Part shown: positions 19,966 to 30,766 of the stretch, piece by piece
How the letters are laid out: every line of letters starts with the position of its first letter
How positions within the stretch are numbered: position 1 is the stretch's first letter
NCBI GenBank assembly: GCA_044070495.1
Contig: JBIPSI010000013.1
Coordinates: forward strand, 32,001-96,000
DNA length: 64,000 nt
Source: Spirulina sp.
GTDB lineage: Bacteria > Cyanobacteriota > Cyanobacteriia > Phormidesmidales > Phormidesmidaceae
Direction: 5' to 3'
The notes under the pieces: model-generated
Database searches by the model: none
Seen by the model: the letters and a program-made list of their open reading frames with translations, nothing else
What the model was told of the DNA's origin: nothing
Position numbers and translations under genes: made by a program

Positions 19966-20361
19966 CTAGTTGCTGCCAACAGCTCCGCTAACGGCCTGGG
20001 CCTGGGGAGAAATTTTCTCGTTGATGTAATCATAAACCTCGCGGAACCGGGGCATGGCGCGCAATTCCAAGCGACTACCATCTTTGAGGGTGATCACCAT
20101 ATCGCCCCAAAGCCCAATGCCCCGGGGCACGGTGACAATCTTGCGAATTTCCGAGTAGATAATATCGGTGCGGTCCTGGCCCTTCCAGCCCCCCGTAATG
20201 GAAATGCGGCGGTTGGTGATGCGGTAGCGCAGCCATAGGGCACGGGTGATAGCCCCTACCGTTAGAGGAATGCAAATGATAGTAAAGGCCAGCAGCCCAT
20301 TGATAATCAAGTCGCCAATGTGGGGGCCGCCCTCGTAGAATACGTCTTCACGAATGCCCAT
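19966..20361 (-). CDS. Bacterial PH-domain membrane protein
   Basis: RYRITNRRISITGG, WGDMVITL; conserved between rnpA and yidC in cyanobacteria. Confidence 0.88.
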   Translation of the reverse strand: MGIREDVFYEGGPHIGDLIINGLLAFTIICIPLTVGAITRALWLRYRITNRRISITGGWKGQDRTDIIYSEIRKIVTVPRGIGLWGDMVITLKDGSRLELRAMPRFREVYDYINEKISPQAQAVSGAVGSN

Positions 20362-20764
20362 GGAAAACCTCTAACTGTGTAAAGAGCTGTTTTAATTCTT
20401 GCAAAAAATCGCCATATTCGCACTGCTCTGCCCCAGGCCGTAGGTTCACCACTATCCACAGGTGGGGGCGCAACCGGGGGAGAAACTGCCCCATGATGGC
20501 GCGTACCTGGCGCTTGAGGCGATTTCGCACCACCGCCCGCTTACTGACTTTTTGACTGACCACAATGCCCACCCGACCGAGGACAGCACGATTTTCAGCA
20601 TGGTTTTGGGACGATAAACCCTCCGTTTGGGAGGTCGGCTGCGACCCAGGATTCACCGTATCGAGCACCCTGACCACCAGGTGAGTAGACACGGCTTTAT
20701 TCCCCAGGCGATACACCTTGGAAAAGTCACGGGAACGTCTTAGTCGCTGGGATTTCGGCAGCAC
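20348..20764 (-). CDS. rnpA: Ribonuclease P protein component
   Basis: LPKSQRLRRSRDF, GIVVSQKVSKRAVVRNRLKRQ; GTG start inferred. Confidence 0.93.
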   Translation of the reverse strand: MLPKSQRLRRSRDFSKVYRLGNKAVSTHLVVRVLDTVNPGSQPTSQTEGLSSQNHAENRAVLGRVGIVVSQKVSKRAVVRNRLKRQVRAIMGQFLPRLRPHLWIVVNLRPGAEQCEYGDFLQELKQLFTQLEVFHGHS

Positions 20765-20858
20765 GATGGCCAGAAGAACGGAAAAAGTATAGATAAACCA
20801 AAGCCCACCCCTCATCCTAGGATAGGGGCAGGCCAATGGTCACAAGCTTGAACTTGAC

Positions 20859-20996
20859 CTAAACGGCCAACTTAGCCCGACCTTTACGCCGCCGCGCCTT
20901 AATCACGTTTTGGCCAGTGTGGGAGCGCATCCGAGCCCGGAAGCCGGAGGTTCTCTTTTGTTTGCGGTTGGTTCCTTCTAGGGTGCGCTTACTCAT
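20859..20996 (-). CDS. rpmH: 50S ribosomal protein L34 (not in the ORF track)
   Basis: Manual translation [53 protein letters not shown]; upstream of rnpA. Confidence 0.97.
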   Translation of the reverse strand: MSKRTLEGTNRKQKRTSGFRARMRSHTGQNVIKARRRKGRAKLAV

Positions 20997-21344
20997 CGGG
21001 CTACCTCAGTACGCTGATCTAAATCTTTAAAAGTCACAGGTTTTCTATCATAACATCAATTGCTCAGCCCACACAGACCATCTATTGAGGCTTGCTGCGA
21101 TACAAGGTTGCTGGGATTTCTGAGATCAGCAGCTTTAGGTCGGTAGGACAGATTAAATGTAAGACCTCTTGCATGGGTTAGCGCAGGGTAACCCATGCTG
21201 GCCGAGACTTTGATGCGTCACGGCTACGCTTACTTAAGATTCCGCCGACCTAGTTAATGTTGACGCTTAGGCTTGGACAGAACCGCAGACCAGCCAGTCT
21301 TCCAGTACAAGAAGCGCTGGTCTGGGTTGATTAGGATGCTGTCC

Positions 21345-21905
21345 TTAGTCGGCTCCCAATTCTAGGGGCCAGGTGCCGACGTACTGATCCATAACATCGC
21401 CCTGGTAGGTCATGCTGAGGTTGAAATAGTGGTAGCCGTAGCGGTTGGGGTTGAGCACATTGTTCATGACCACTACGAAGTTCGTATTCGCTGGAATCGG
21501 TGATTCGGGGATAATCTCAATCACGCCTTCTTCCTCAAGCCACTCGATGCTTTGCAGGGGGATGGTTTCGCCTCCTCGCCATTCACCTTGGCGCAGCTCA
21601 ATGGCGTCCATATTCAGACGACCTCGCCGCTGGGTGAAGGACTCAGGATATTCAATTTTGAGGGACACCACTTCGCGGGGCAGTTTGATGCGGTTCACTT
21701 GCAGGTAGTAGCGGGCATTGCGGCTACGGGGTGTGTTGAAGTCGATGAAGTAGCGCAGGCGATATTCGGCTTCAACACCACCGAAAATAGTCAGGCCTGA
21801 CTGGGCGGGAGCGGGTTGCGGTAAAGCCACGCCAACACTCGTCGCCACGGTAGCGGCAGCGAGGAAAATCGCGGCTAGCCGCAGGGGTCGCTTGAGGGAT
21901 GTCAT
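21345..21905 (-). CDS. DUF2808-like exported protein
   Basis: Signal peptide; GLTIFGG; NVLNP...G; typical neighbour of cyanobacterial rpmH. Confidence 0.75.
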   Translation of the reverse strand: MTSLKRPLRLAAIFLAAATVATSVGVALPQPAPAQSGLTIFGGVEAEYRLRYFIDFNTPRSRNARYYLQVNRIKLPREVVSLKIEYPESFTQRRGRLNMDAIELRQGEWRGGETIPLQSIEWLEEEGVIEIIPESPIPANTNFVVVMNNVLNPNRYGYHYFNLSMTYQGDVMDQYVGTWPLELGAD

Positions 21906-22219
21906 GGAGTACCTCCGGGAAAAACCGTCTAGATGGATACAAATTTTGATGGATCAGTCAAGACTTTAACGCTTGCGATCCTAGGCCATTGGGCCACCTG
22001 TGCCAGTGACGTAACCGGATGCCCAAAGGTGCCCTGATGATAGCGATGACTCTAGGTGAGCCAAGCCTAGCCGCCAGGTTGATTTCATTCCGGCTTCTTA
22101 TCCTATCACCGCCCTTTGAGGTTGTGTTGAGGATATGACTTCCCCCCTAACTTCCCCTACGCCGTTTGAATCATGTCAGGGTCAGGTCTCCTGACCCTGT
22201 GCAGAATCTGGGTTTAGCC

Positions 22220-23431
22220 CTAGGCTGGCCCAATGGCGGCCACAGCGGCCTCCACGGCTAGGGCCACATGGGTCCAGTGGGTGCCGCCCTGGCAGTAGAC
22301 CACGTAGGGTTTGCGCAGGGGGCCATCGGCGGAAAGCTCCGAGGTGCTGCCGTCGATGAAGGTGCCCCCAGCCATCACCAGTGGGGTGTCGTAACCGGGG
22401 GTGACAGCGGGGACGGGTTCCACGTAGGCATCGATGGGGGAATGCTGCTGAATGGCTTTGCAAAAGGCGATCATTTTTTCCGGCGACCCTAGCTTAATCG
22501 CTTGGATTACGTCCCGTTGGGCCGCGTTGGGGCTGGGCTTGACCGGATAGCCCAGGGCATCGAAAGTGGCGGCTAACAGATAATTGCCCTTCATAGCTTC
22601 CCCCACCATCTGCGGAGCGAGGAACAACCCCTGGAACATCAGACGATTTTGATTGAGGCTCGACCCACCGCTGGAGCCAATCCCCGGTGCGGTCAAGCGA
22701 CAGGCCGCCGCTTCCACCAAATCCGCCCGTCCAGCCACGTAGCCCCCGGTGGTGGCAATGGTGCCGCCTGGATTTTTGATCAGCGACCCGGCGATCAGAT
22801 CCGCCCCCACGGCGGTGGGTTCGCGGTCTTCCAAAAACTCGCCATAGCAGTTATCCACAAAACAGACCACGTCGGATTTCTGCCGTTTCACAATTGTTAC
22901 AATCCGCTCAATTTCGGCTATGGTTAGGGTTGAACGCCAACTGTAGCCACAGGAACGCTGGATGTGCACGAGCCGAGTATTCGGTTGGATAGCTGTTTCT
23001 AGTGCCTCCCAGTCGATGGCGGCTGCGGCGGTCAACGGTAGTTCTCGATAGGTGACCCCAAACTCTGCCAGCGAACCCTGGCCCGATGATCGCAAGCCAA
23101 TCACCTCTTCCAGGGTGTCGTAGGGGGTGCCCGCTACCGCCAGACATTCATCCCCAGGCCGCAGCACGCCATACAGGGCGCAAGCGATGGCATGGGTACC
23201 AGAGACAAATTGGGCTCGAACCAGAGCCGCCTCCGCTTGTACAATCTCCGCAAAGACTTGATCTAAGGTGTCTCGGCCCAGGTCATCGTGGCCATAACCC
23301 GAAACACTGCTGAAATGGTGGCTTCCCACCCGATGCTGCCGAAAGGCCCTCAGCACCCGCCCTAAATTTTGCTTGACCTGGGCGTCAATTCCGTAAAAAA
23401 TCGGAAACATTGAGGACTCTGATAGCATCAT
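22220..23431 (-). CDS. Methionine gamma-lyase family / YnbB-like PLP enzyme
   Basis: GYGHDDLGRD, VSGTHAI, QRSCGY, DNCYGEF, GSLIKNPGG. Confidence 0.9.
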   Translation of the reverse strand: MMLSESSMFPIFYGIDAQVKQNLGRVLRAFRQHRVGSHHFSSVSGYGHDDLGRDTLDQVFAEIVQAEAALVRAQFVSGTHAIACALYGVLRPGDECLAVAGTPYDTLEEVIGLRSSGQGSLAEFGVTYRELPLTAAAAIDWEALETAIQPNTRLVHIQRSCGYSWRSTLTIAEIERIVTIVKRQKSDVVCFVDNCYGEFLEDREPTAVGADLIAGSLIKNPGGTIATTGGYVAGRADLVEAAACRLTAPGIGSSGGSSLNQNRLMFQGLFLAPQMVGEAMKGNYLLAATFDALGYPVKPSPNAAQRDVIQAIKLGSPEKMIAFCKAIQQHSPIDAYVEPVPAVTPGYDTPLVMAGGTFIDGSTSELSADGPLRKPYVVYCQGGTHWTHVALAVEAAVAAIGPA

Positions 23432-23535
23432 CGTGTTTGATCGTTGCGAAGGTTAATTTTTTTCGTTAAGAAACGAGGGAGTCCCATTGTCCCTCAAATT
23501 TAATCTGACCGTCCCAAAGTTCTGAGATTTAGTAC

Positions 23536-24360
23536 ATGACTGCAGCAACCACTCCCTCTACTCGTCTTTCCCGCGACTGGGTCACCCTGTTGTTCATGGT
23601 CGCGATGCACGCCATGGCCCTGTTAGCTTTTCTGCCCGGAAACTTCTCCTGGGCTGCGGTAGGGGTGGCCCTGCTGCTGCACTGGGTGACGGGTTGTTTG
23701 GGCATTACCCTCGGCTGGCACCGACTGATTTCCCACCGCAGTTTCCAGGTGCCCAAGTGGCTGGAATACTTCTTTGTCTTCTGCGGCACCCTGGCCTGCC
23801 AGCATGGCCCCATCACCTGGGTGGGCCTGCATCGTCACCACCACGCCTACTCTGACCAAAGCAACGACCACCACGACTCCAACAAAGGATTCTGGTGGAG
23901 CCACATGGGCTGGATGCTGCGCGACGTGCCTGCCAAAAAAGAAATGGGCCGCTTCACCCGCGATATTTCCGAAGATCCCGTTTATTTGTTCTTTGAAAAA
24001 TATTTCCTCGCCACGCAAATTGTCCTAGGTGTGGTTCTATACTTCCTGGGCGGCTGGCCCTTTGTGATGTGGGGTATCTTCGTCCGCTTGGTCGCTGTAT
24101 ACCACTGCACCTGGCTGGTGAACAGCGCCACCCACAAATTCGGCTACCGCACCTATGAAACCGAAGACAAATCCACCAACTGCTGGTGGGTGGCTGTCGT
24201 CACCTACGGCGAAGGCTGGCACAACAACCACCACGCCTTCCAATACTCCGCTCGTCATGGCCTCCGGTGGTGGGAAATTGACATCACTTGGATGACCATC
24301 CGCCTGCTGGAAATCGTGGGTCTGGCCAAGAAAGTGAAGCTGGTCAACTCAGCTGAGTAA
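23536..24360 (+). CDS. desC: Delta-9 acyl-lipid desaturase
   Basis: His boxes HRLISH, HRHHH, GEGWHNNHH. Confidence 0.92.
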   Translation: MTAATTPSTRLSRDWVTLLFMVAMHAMALLAFLPGNFSWAAVGVALLLHWVTGCLGITLGWHRLISHRSFQVPKWLEYFFVFCGTLACQHGPITWVGLHRHHHAYSDQSNDHHDSNKGFWWSHMGWMLRDVPAKKEMGRFTRDISEDPVYLFFEKYFLATQIVLGVVLYFLGGWPFVMWGIFVRLVAVYHCTWLVNSATHKFGYRTYETEDKSTNCWWVAVVTYGEGWHNNHHAFQYSARHGLRWWEIDITWMTIRLLEIVGLAKKVKLVNSAE

Positions 24361-24419
24361 ATGCAAGCCCTCGGTAGGTGATGGGATCTCCCGTTACCTC
24401 AGAGGTTCACCCTAGTCCC

Positions 24420-24454
24420 AATGCCGTCCACCATGGGTTGGGCGGCATTTTTTT
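24420..24454 (+). terminator. Intrinsic terminator after desC
   Basis: aatgccgtcca-loop-tgggcggcatt followed by a T-run. Confidence 0.8.
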
Positions 24455-24511
24455 CGAGCAGGGTTCCCATCACCAAGGCGAATCTGACTGTGGTACGCTA
24501 GGAAGACAAAA

Positions 24512-24585
24512 CGGGATGTAGCGCAGCTTGGTAGCGCACTTCGTTCGGGACGAAGGGGCCGTGGGTTCGAATCCCGCCATCCCGA
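24512..24585 (+). tRNA. tRNA-Pro(CGG)
   Basis: CGGGATG/CATCCCG acceptor stem; anticodon arm CTTCG-TTCGGGA-CGAAG; GGTTCGAATCC T-arm; CCA not encoded. Confidence 0.97.
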
Positions 24586-24710
24586 TTTTATGAGTCACTT
24601 AATCGTTATGCTCGGTGTTCCTGGCTACCGCAAGGAAGGTCAGGGGTTTTGCTTTTCCCATGGGGCCTTGTCAGCCAACGCTTTGGTGCAATGTTGCCTA
24701 GGAACTGGGT

Positions 24711-25709
24711 TTAGCCCAGTCCGAGCTTGCGCCGTAGTTTGGTGCCCATCGTTTGCAGGTACAGTCGGGCGAGGCGAGGCGGGTTGAGACCAGGAATATC
24801 GCCCCGATGTTTGGAACGGTGATCGAAGAATTGGTTGAGTTCTGTCAAAATTACTTGCAGCCTGGGCACTAGGGCGTCTTCGCGGTAGGGCTGTAGGGCT
24901 TCTGGAGTCATATATTTCGGATTTGGGGTGTTGAGGGCGGCTAGGATGCGTTCAACATCGTAGGCGGTGGAATAGACGCCGATTTTTTGGCAGTTAAAGC
25001 CCGGATCGAGGTAGTCGGCTAGGGCACCGTTGACGCTAGAAAACACCTCACAGCCGCAGGCCATGGCCTCCATGGGGGGAAGCCCGAAGCCTTCGCTAAC
25101 CCGGCTGATCGCCCAATATTCTGCTGAATCGTAGAGATACACCTTACTGCGGTTGAAGAGTTCACTGAGATCGTCTACAAAGCCCTCCAGGCAGACGACA
25201 TTACAGTGCGCCTGTAGGGCGGGCACTAGGGTTTTCATCAGGTATTCCGAAGATTTGCGCCCCTGCACCAGCACATCGATGTCGCGGGGTAGCTGGCGGT
25301 TGGTGAAGGTGGCGTCAATGTGGTTGGGCAGATAAAACAGTAGCCCGTTGGGCTGGCGCTGGCCCCAATAGCCGAGGGAGTTGCGGCTGACGGTGATAAT
25401 AGGCACATCGCTGGGCAGAGAAAATCCGTAGCCGCTGCTGTGGGCGTGGTAGACCAGGTGATGGCCTCGTAGGCGTTTGGCCAACTTGGGCACATGGAAG
25501 CCCCAACTGATCACAAAAATGCTGTTGTCCAGGTCGGGACGTTGCAGCAGATCGTCCAAAAACAGGGAGTCTGGCTGCCGCTGTTCGTAGGTGACGACCT
25601 CAGCAGAACAGATTTGCTGGGCTAGCTTCAGGGTTTTGAGTTCGGCAAACAAGCCGCCACAGGCGTAGCGTTTGCTGGTACCAGGCAGGAGGAAGTAGAG
25701 ATGTCGCAT
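24711..25709 (-). CDS. Glycosyltransferase (GT4-like)
   Basis: SEGFGLPPMEAMACG (EX7E) motif. Confidence 0.88.
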   Translation of the reverse strand: MRHLYFLLPGTSKRYACGGLFAELKTLKLAQQICSAEVVTYEQRQPDSLFLDDLLQRPDLDNSIFVISWGFHVPKLAKRLRGHHLVYHAHSSGYGFSLPSDVPIITVSRNSLGYWGQRQPNGLLFYLPNHIDATFTNRQLPRDIDVLVQGRKSSEYLMKTLVPALQAHCNVVCLEGFVDDLSELFNRSKVYLYDSAEYWAISRVSEGFGLPPMEAMACGCEVFSSVNGALADYLDPGFNCQKIGVYSTAYDVERILAALNTPNPKYMTPEALQPYREDALVPRLQVILTELNQFFDHRSKHRGDIPGLNPPRLARLYLQTMGTKLRRKLGLG

Positions 25710-25718
25710 GGGGGCATT

Positions 25719-26624
25719 TTAAACGGCTTGGGCGCGGCTAAATTCTCCCGTTTCCCGCAGGGCATCTAAAAAGGCGTAGAGGGCGGGGGTGTGGAGGGCG
25801 TTTTTGAGCATGGTGGCCCCAATGGGGCGGGAAATGCGGAAAGGTAGGGAACAAATTCGCACCTCCGGCGGCACAGGCTCAGCGGCTAGGCGTGGCAGGA
25901 TAGCGATGCCCAAGCCCTGCTGCACCATCGCCACCATGGATGAATCGTGGCGGATGCAGTAGGCGAGGGCGAGGGGATCATCCTGGGCTCCTAGTTCACG
26001 CCGCACCCGCAGGCCACAACTGCTGTGGGATGACCCAATCAACGGCGTAGAGCGAAGATCTTCCAGGCTTAGTTGGCCCTGTTTGAGTTGGTACCCAGGG
26101 GGGAGCAGCGCCACATAATCATCATCGAAAATGTGTAGGCTTTCAAACTCGTCGCCTTCAACGGTTTCCGCCACGCAAAGGTCTGCGTCTCCCTTCGTCA
26201 GGGCTTCTTTCAACTCATGGACTTCGTCCATTTCGATGAGACTAATCGAGATGGACGGGTAGCGACGATGGAGACGGGCAATGGCCCCCGGTAGCACATG
26301 GGTGGCGCAACTGCGAAAGGTACCAATCCGCAGCCGTCCCCCTTGCAATCCCTTGGCGTGGTCGGCTTCCTCGGCGATCTGGCCCAATAGGCCCAACATG
26401 CCCCTGGCGTGGTCGGTAATGCGTTCGCCTACGGGGGTTAGCCGTGCTCCATGGCGACCCCGCTGTAACAGCATCACCCCCAGTTCTTCCTCCAGGGTGG
26501 CAATGGCGTGGCTAATGGTGGATTGGGACAAATCGAGTTCTAGGGCCGCTTCGCTAAAGTTGCCACAGTCGGCAATGGTCACCAACGCCCGCAGTTGAGA
26601 CAACTTAATCTTGCTAGGGTTCAT
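25719..26624 (-). CDS. LysR-family transcriptional regulator
   Basis: NFSEAALELDLSQSTISHAIATLEEELG HTH; MVQQGLGIAILP. Confidence 0.95.
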   Translation of the reverse strand: MNPSKIKLSQLRALVTIADCGNFSEAALELDLSQSTISHAIATLEEELGVMLLQRGRHGARLTPVGERITDHARGMLGLLGQIAEEADHAKGLQGGRLRIGTFRSCATHVLPGAIARLHRRYPSISISLIEMDEVHELKEALTKGDADLCVAETVEGDEFESLHIFDDDYVALLPPGYQLKQGQLSLEDLRSTPLIGSSHSSCGLRVRRELGAQDDPLALAYCIRHDSSMVAMVQQGLGIAILPRLAAEPVPPEVRICSLPFRISRPIGATMLKNALHTPALYAFLDALRETGEFSRAQAV

Positions 26625-26661
26625 CGCATTCTCCAGGGTGGAGGTGTCCCGTCGTTCAGGA

Positions 26662-27921
26662 TTAGCGCAGTTCCTCAGGTAGGGCCGCCGGTTTGACGGT
26701 GAGGGTTTGGTCAGCGCCATCGCGATGGAATTCGACGGTGAGGTCCTGGCCGATTCGGCTGGCTTCCACCTGGGCCTGTACCTCGGTGGGGGTGGTGACC
26801 GCTGTGCTGTTGATCCGCTGGATGATGTCTCCGGGAACCAGTCCGGCGGCCTGGGCAGGGCTACCCTCCAACACGCGCACAATCAACACCCCAGCCTGGT
26901 CGGGGGCAATGTTGAGTTGATCCTGGGCGTTGATTTCCGCAATCGTTTCGGGAGTGAGTTCCACCATTTGAATGCCCAGGAAGGGATGCTGTACCTCTCC
27001 GGTGGCAAAGAGTTCGTCGGCAATGCGTTTGGCGGTTTCGATGGGGATGGCAAAACCGAGGCCCTGGGCATTGGCGCGAATGGCGGTGTTCATGCCGATC
27101 ACTTCGCCCTGGTCGTTGAGCAGGGGGCCACCGGAATTGCCCGGATTGATGGCGGCATCGGTTTGGATGAACTGCACCCGCTTGTCGGGGATGCCGACTT
27201 GGTTGCTGGTGCGGCCAATGGCGCTGATGATGCCAGCGGTGACGGTGTTGTCTAGGCCCAGGGGGTTGCCAATGGCGATGGCCCATTGACCGGGCGAGAG
27301 GTTGGCGGTGCTGCCGAGACGAACGGTGGGCAGGGGATCGGTGGCTTCAATTTTGACCACCGCCACATCGGTGACCGAGTCGATGCCCAGTACTTCCCCG
27401 TCAAAGGTGCGACCATCGCGCAGGGTGACTTTTACCGTGCGGGTGCCGTCTACCACGTGGGCATTGGTGAGAATGCGACCATCGGCGCTGAGAATAAACC
27501 CAGATCCGGTGCCCTGTTCTAAACGGTCGGGCACCATATCTGGAGGCAATTCTTCGCCAAAAAAGCGGCGAAAGAGGGGGTTGTTAAAGGTTTCTGGGTT
27601 GAGTTGGGAGACCGCCCGTTCCGAGTCGATGCGCACCACCGCAGGCCCCACCTGCTCCACCGCAGCGGCAATGAAGTTGGAGGCGGCAATAGCCAGGGGG
27701 GCCGAAGCCACCGCTGTCTCAAGGTCTGGTTCCGCAGGGGCCGCCAGGGTGGCTAGGGAAGACTCCGCTGGATTGAGATCCACGCCTGGGGCCGTTGTGG
27801 TAATAAGATGATCGACATAATAATGGCCCGCCCAACCGACTCCACCGCCCAAGGCTAAGGCGGCGGCAATCCAGACCCCCTGCGATCCTATTCCGCCCAT
27901 ACGACCTCCTTCCGGCAGCAT
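26662..27921 (-). CDS. HtrA/HhoA/HhoB serine protease with PDZ domain
   Basis: TNAHVV, DVAVVKI, QTDAAINPGNSGGPL; start may be 27900. Confidence 0.95.
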   Translation of the reverse strand: MLPEGGRMGGIGSQGVWIAAALALGGGVGWAGHYYVDHLITTTAPGVDLNPAESSLATLAAPAEPDLETAVASAPLAIAASNFIAAAVEQVGPAVVRIDSERAVSQLNPETFNNPLFRRFFGEELPPDMVPDRLEQGTGSGFILSADGRILTNAHVVDGTRTVKVTLRDGRTFDGEVLGIDSVTDVAVVKIEATDPLPTVRLGSTANLSPGQWAIAIGNPLGLDNTVTAGIISAIGRTSNQVGIPDKRVQFIQTDAAINPGNSGGPLLNDQGEVIGMNTAIRANAQGLGFAIPIETAKRIADELFATGEVQHPFLGIQMVELTPETIAEINAQDQLNIAPDQAGVLIVRVLEGSPAQAAGLVPGDIIQRINSTAVTTPTEVQAQVEASRIGQDLTVEFHRDGADQTLTVKPAALPEELR

Positions 27922-28175
27922 CGCCTATTTCCGACAGCATCCTCTGTCCACAGCGGGTTGCACACAAACGCACCCCGACAACAGTTTGTGCCTTTACTGT
28001 AGCGAATATCCCCCCATTTATGACGCCCGATGACGACGGATTCAACCCGTTTTGATGGCGTTTGGGGGAGGAAAACCCATCCCCAGAGGGGGCATATTTC
28101 TACCGAAGTAAATGGCCCTGTCCCTGGCATTCCGGGTTACATTGGGCATTGATCCCATGCAGCCCCAAGAACGCC

Positions 28176-28871
28176 ATGTCTGACTACACTGGAAACATTT
28201 TGCTGGTTGACGACGAGCCCGGTCTACGGGAGGCCGTACAGGCCTACCTAGAGGACAGTGGCTTTACCGTGCGCACCGCCAGCAATGCCCAGGAAGGGTG
28301 GGCGCTGCTTCAAGAGGGCACCCCAGACGTGCTGATTTCCGACATCATGATGCCCCAGGTGGATGGCCATGCCTTTTTGGCCCAGGTGCGAGAGGACGTG
28401 CGCTTTAAGGGGTTGCCCGTGGTCTTCCTCACCGCACGCGGCATGACCAAAGACCGCATTCAGGGTTACAACTCCGGCTGCGATGCCTACCTCTCCAAAC
28501 CCTTCGACCCGGAGGAACTAGTGGCCGTGGTGGGCAACTTAATCGAACGCCGCGCCGCCCAAAGCCCCGACACCGGAGACCTACCCGACATTGCGGTGAT
28601 GGCCCGCCAAATTGAGGAAATTAAAGCCATGCTCACCCAAAAGGGCGGTGTGGTCAAAATGGCCTCCGATGTCCGCATCGACCTTACCCCCCGCGAACAA
28701 AGCGTGCTGGATTTGGTGGCCGAAGGGCTGATGAACAAAGAAATCGCCAGCCGCCTCGATACCAGCGTTCGCAATGTAGAAAAGTATGTCAGCCGCCTAT
28801 TCAGCAAAACCGGCACCAACAGCCGCACCGAACTGGTTCGCTTTGCCCTAGAACATGGTCTGGTCAGCTAG
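28176..28871 (+). CDS. rre1: NarL-family response regulator (Rre1/Ycf29)
   Basis: LLVDDEPGLREAVQAYLE, DIMMP, LTPREQSVL..GLMNKEIA..SVRNVEKYVSRLFSKTGT. Confidence 0.85.
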   Translation: MSDYTGNILLVDDEPGLREAVQAYLEDSGFTVRTASNAQEGWALLQEGTPDVLISDIMMPQVDGHAFLAQVREDVRFKGLPVVFLTARGMTKDRIQGYNSGCDAYLSKPFDPEELVAVVGNLIERRAAQSPDTGDLPDIAVMARQIEEIKAMLTQKGGVVKMASDVRIDLTPREQSVLDLVAEGLMNKEIASRLDTSVRNVEKYVSRLFSKTGTNSRTELVRFALEHGLVS

Positions 28872-28924
28872 GGGACACCCAAATCCTAGCCCCCAGGTGC
28901 GGACACAGGAATTTAGAATTTAGC

Positions 28925-29590
28925 CTAGGTGGCCAGGGCCGTAAATAGTTCGGAAATCGCCTGGGGGGTGGCCTCTTCCTGGGCCACAATTTCTACGATG
29001 CGGTTGCGGGCAGCGGGTTCAAACAGTGCCTCTACACAAACCTCCGCCACCTTCATGCGGGGCAGGCTACCCTCAAACAGCGTATCCGCTGGGGCCATCA
29101 CCAGAGGGCGCGGATCCTCGTCTTCGTTTTTGAGGCCACCAGGGCGCACGATGGTGTAGGTTAGGCCGCTGCGTTGCAGGTAGGCTTCCGCCTGTTTCTT
29201 CCAGTAGAGCACCAGCCAAAACAGGTTCAGCGGGTGAAAGAATTGGGAGACACAGAGGGAAGATACCATCACAAAGTGCTCAATTCCGGCGGCTTTGGCG
29301 GCATCAACCAGGTTTTTGGTGCCTTCGTAATCCACCTGGTACGGCCCCGTGGGGTCGAGGCTGGGGCGGGCACCCGTGGCGCAAATCAGCACCGTACAGC
29401 CCCCTAGGGCGGCTTGTAGACTGGCTTTGTTGCCTACCTCCCCCTGCACCAGTTCTACCTCTGGGGGCAGTTTGGCCTGGGCGGTGTCCACATCTCGCAC
29501 CAGGGCTTTGACCGGAATGCCGCGCTGCACCAATTGCGCCACAATCCGCGATCCCGTTGCTCCGGTGGCCCCGGCTACCAATACTTTCAT
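28925..29590 (-). CDS. NAD(P)-binding atypical SDR (Tic62-like)
   Basis: VAGATGATG, VDYEGTKNL, YWKKQAE, IVRPGGL. Confidence 0.9.
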   Translation of the reverse strand: MKVLVAGATGATGSRIVAQLVQRGIPVKALVRDVDTAQAKLPPEVELVQGEVGNKASLQAALGGCTVLICATGARPSLDPTGPYQVDYEGTKNLVDAAKAAGIEHFVMVSSLCVSQFFHPLNLFWLVLYWKKQAEAYLQRSGLTYTIVRPGGLKNEDEDPRPLVMAPADTLFEGSLPRMKVAEVCVEALFEPAARNRIVEIVAQEEATPQAISELFTALAT

Positions 29591-30228
29591 CGTTCTATCC
29601 CTGCCAACGCTAAAGGCTCCTAGGTAAACACTCTATACCGCTCTCACGATCAGGAGCCGCCCTAGGGTCGGAAACCTCCTTCAAGATTGCGCAGGATCGC
29701 TACCTTCAGCGGCGAAGCCATTTCCAGCAGCGGTAACGGTTCTTAATCTTTCTGCAATCTGGGATAGAAGCCTAGAAACCCTCCTTCTACAAGCGGTTTG
29801 CCCCCAGGTCTAAGGACGCTAAAATTTGGGGTTCATTACAAATTGCGTCTGCCGTATACAGGGTTAGTTATAGTGGTTTTGTATCAATGGTAACCATTAA
29901 ATGACCTCATCTTCTCGTAAGCAAGACCGCCGTGGCGGTTCCTTTATTCAGTGGTCGGCGGTGTCCTCCTCTGGGCAACCTCCCAGCCGACGGCCCGATC
30001 CCGGCTTTGTGGTTGATCGGCAGCGGCTCTATCATTATTTATCCTCCCTAGAAAGCTTATCTGGGGAGTAGAATCTGCCGCCGTCCGAGAAGGAAGTGGA
30101 TGGGAACAAGGTTGGGTAAGATCCGTGGACGACTAAGCTAACACGAAAGGTCGATTGGGTGTATTCTGTTTTCGTAATTTTTCGGTTCGCCCCTCCTCCC
30201 CGTCGTTCGTTATGGAAGCCCCAGGATT

Positions 30229-30654
30229 ATGAGCACAGATTTTCAGTCGGATACCTCCTTCTCGGAACCGGAAAAGCCCATGGTAGATATCAAAGAATCC
30301 GAATCCACCGCCGAAACCCTAGGCGACGAAGCCACCCGGCAAATTAAGCAAGTGTGGGAAAAGGTCTCTAGCCTGCTGGGCGACCTACCCGATTATGTGT
30401 CTGAGTTTTTTAAGCAATACCGTCGGCCCATCGTCACCATTGGCCTGATTGTGGCGGCGATCATTGCCGTGAAGATCGTCCTAGCGCTGCTGGACGCCAT
30501 CAACGATCTGCCCCTGCTGGCCCCCACCTTTGAACTTATCGGCCTGTTCTATACCGGCTGGTTCCTCTATCGCTACCTGCTGAAGGCCTCCAACCGTCAA
30601 GAACTCCTCGACGACATTGCCTCCATTCGGGATCAGGTGCTCGGCAAAAACTAG
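30229..30654 (+). CDS. curT: Thylakoid curvature protein (CAAD domain)
   Basis: AINDLPLLAPTFELIGLFYTGWFLYRYLL...RQEL. Confidence 0.88.
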   Translation: MSTDFQSDTSFSEPEKPMVDIKESESTAETLGDEATRQIKQVWEKVSSLLGDLPDYVSEFFKQYRRPIVTIGLIVAAIIAVKIVLALLDAINDLPLLAPTFELIGLFYTGWFLYRYLLKASNRQELLDDIASIRDQVLGKN

Positions 30655-30766
30655 CGCCCCACTCCCCCAATCAAGTACGGTTACTGTCCCCTGCGGTCTT
30701 GAGGTCGAATTTCTATACTGTGAGTAACGCCCACCGTTAGACCTCCCACCCAGGGGATTTCCATCT

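Noticed and set aside
24512..24710. tRNA-Pro as an island integration site
   Set aside because: No integrase and no duplicated tRNA 3' end seen; flanking genes look native.
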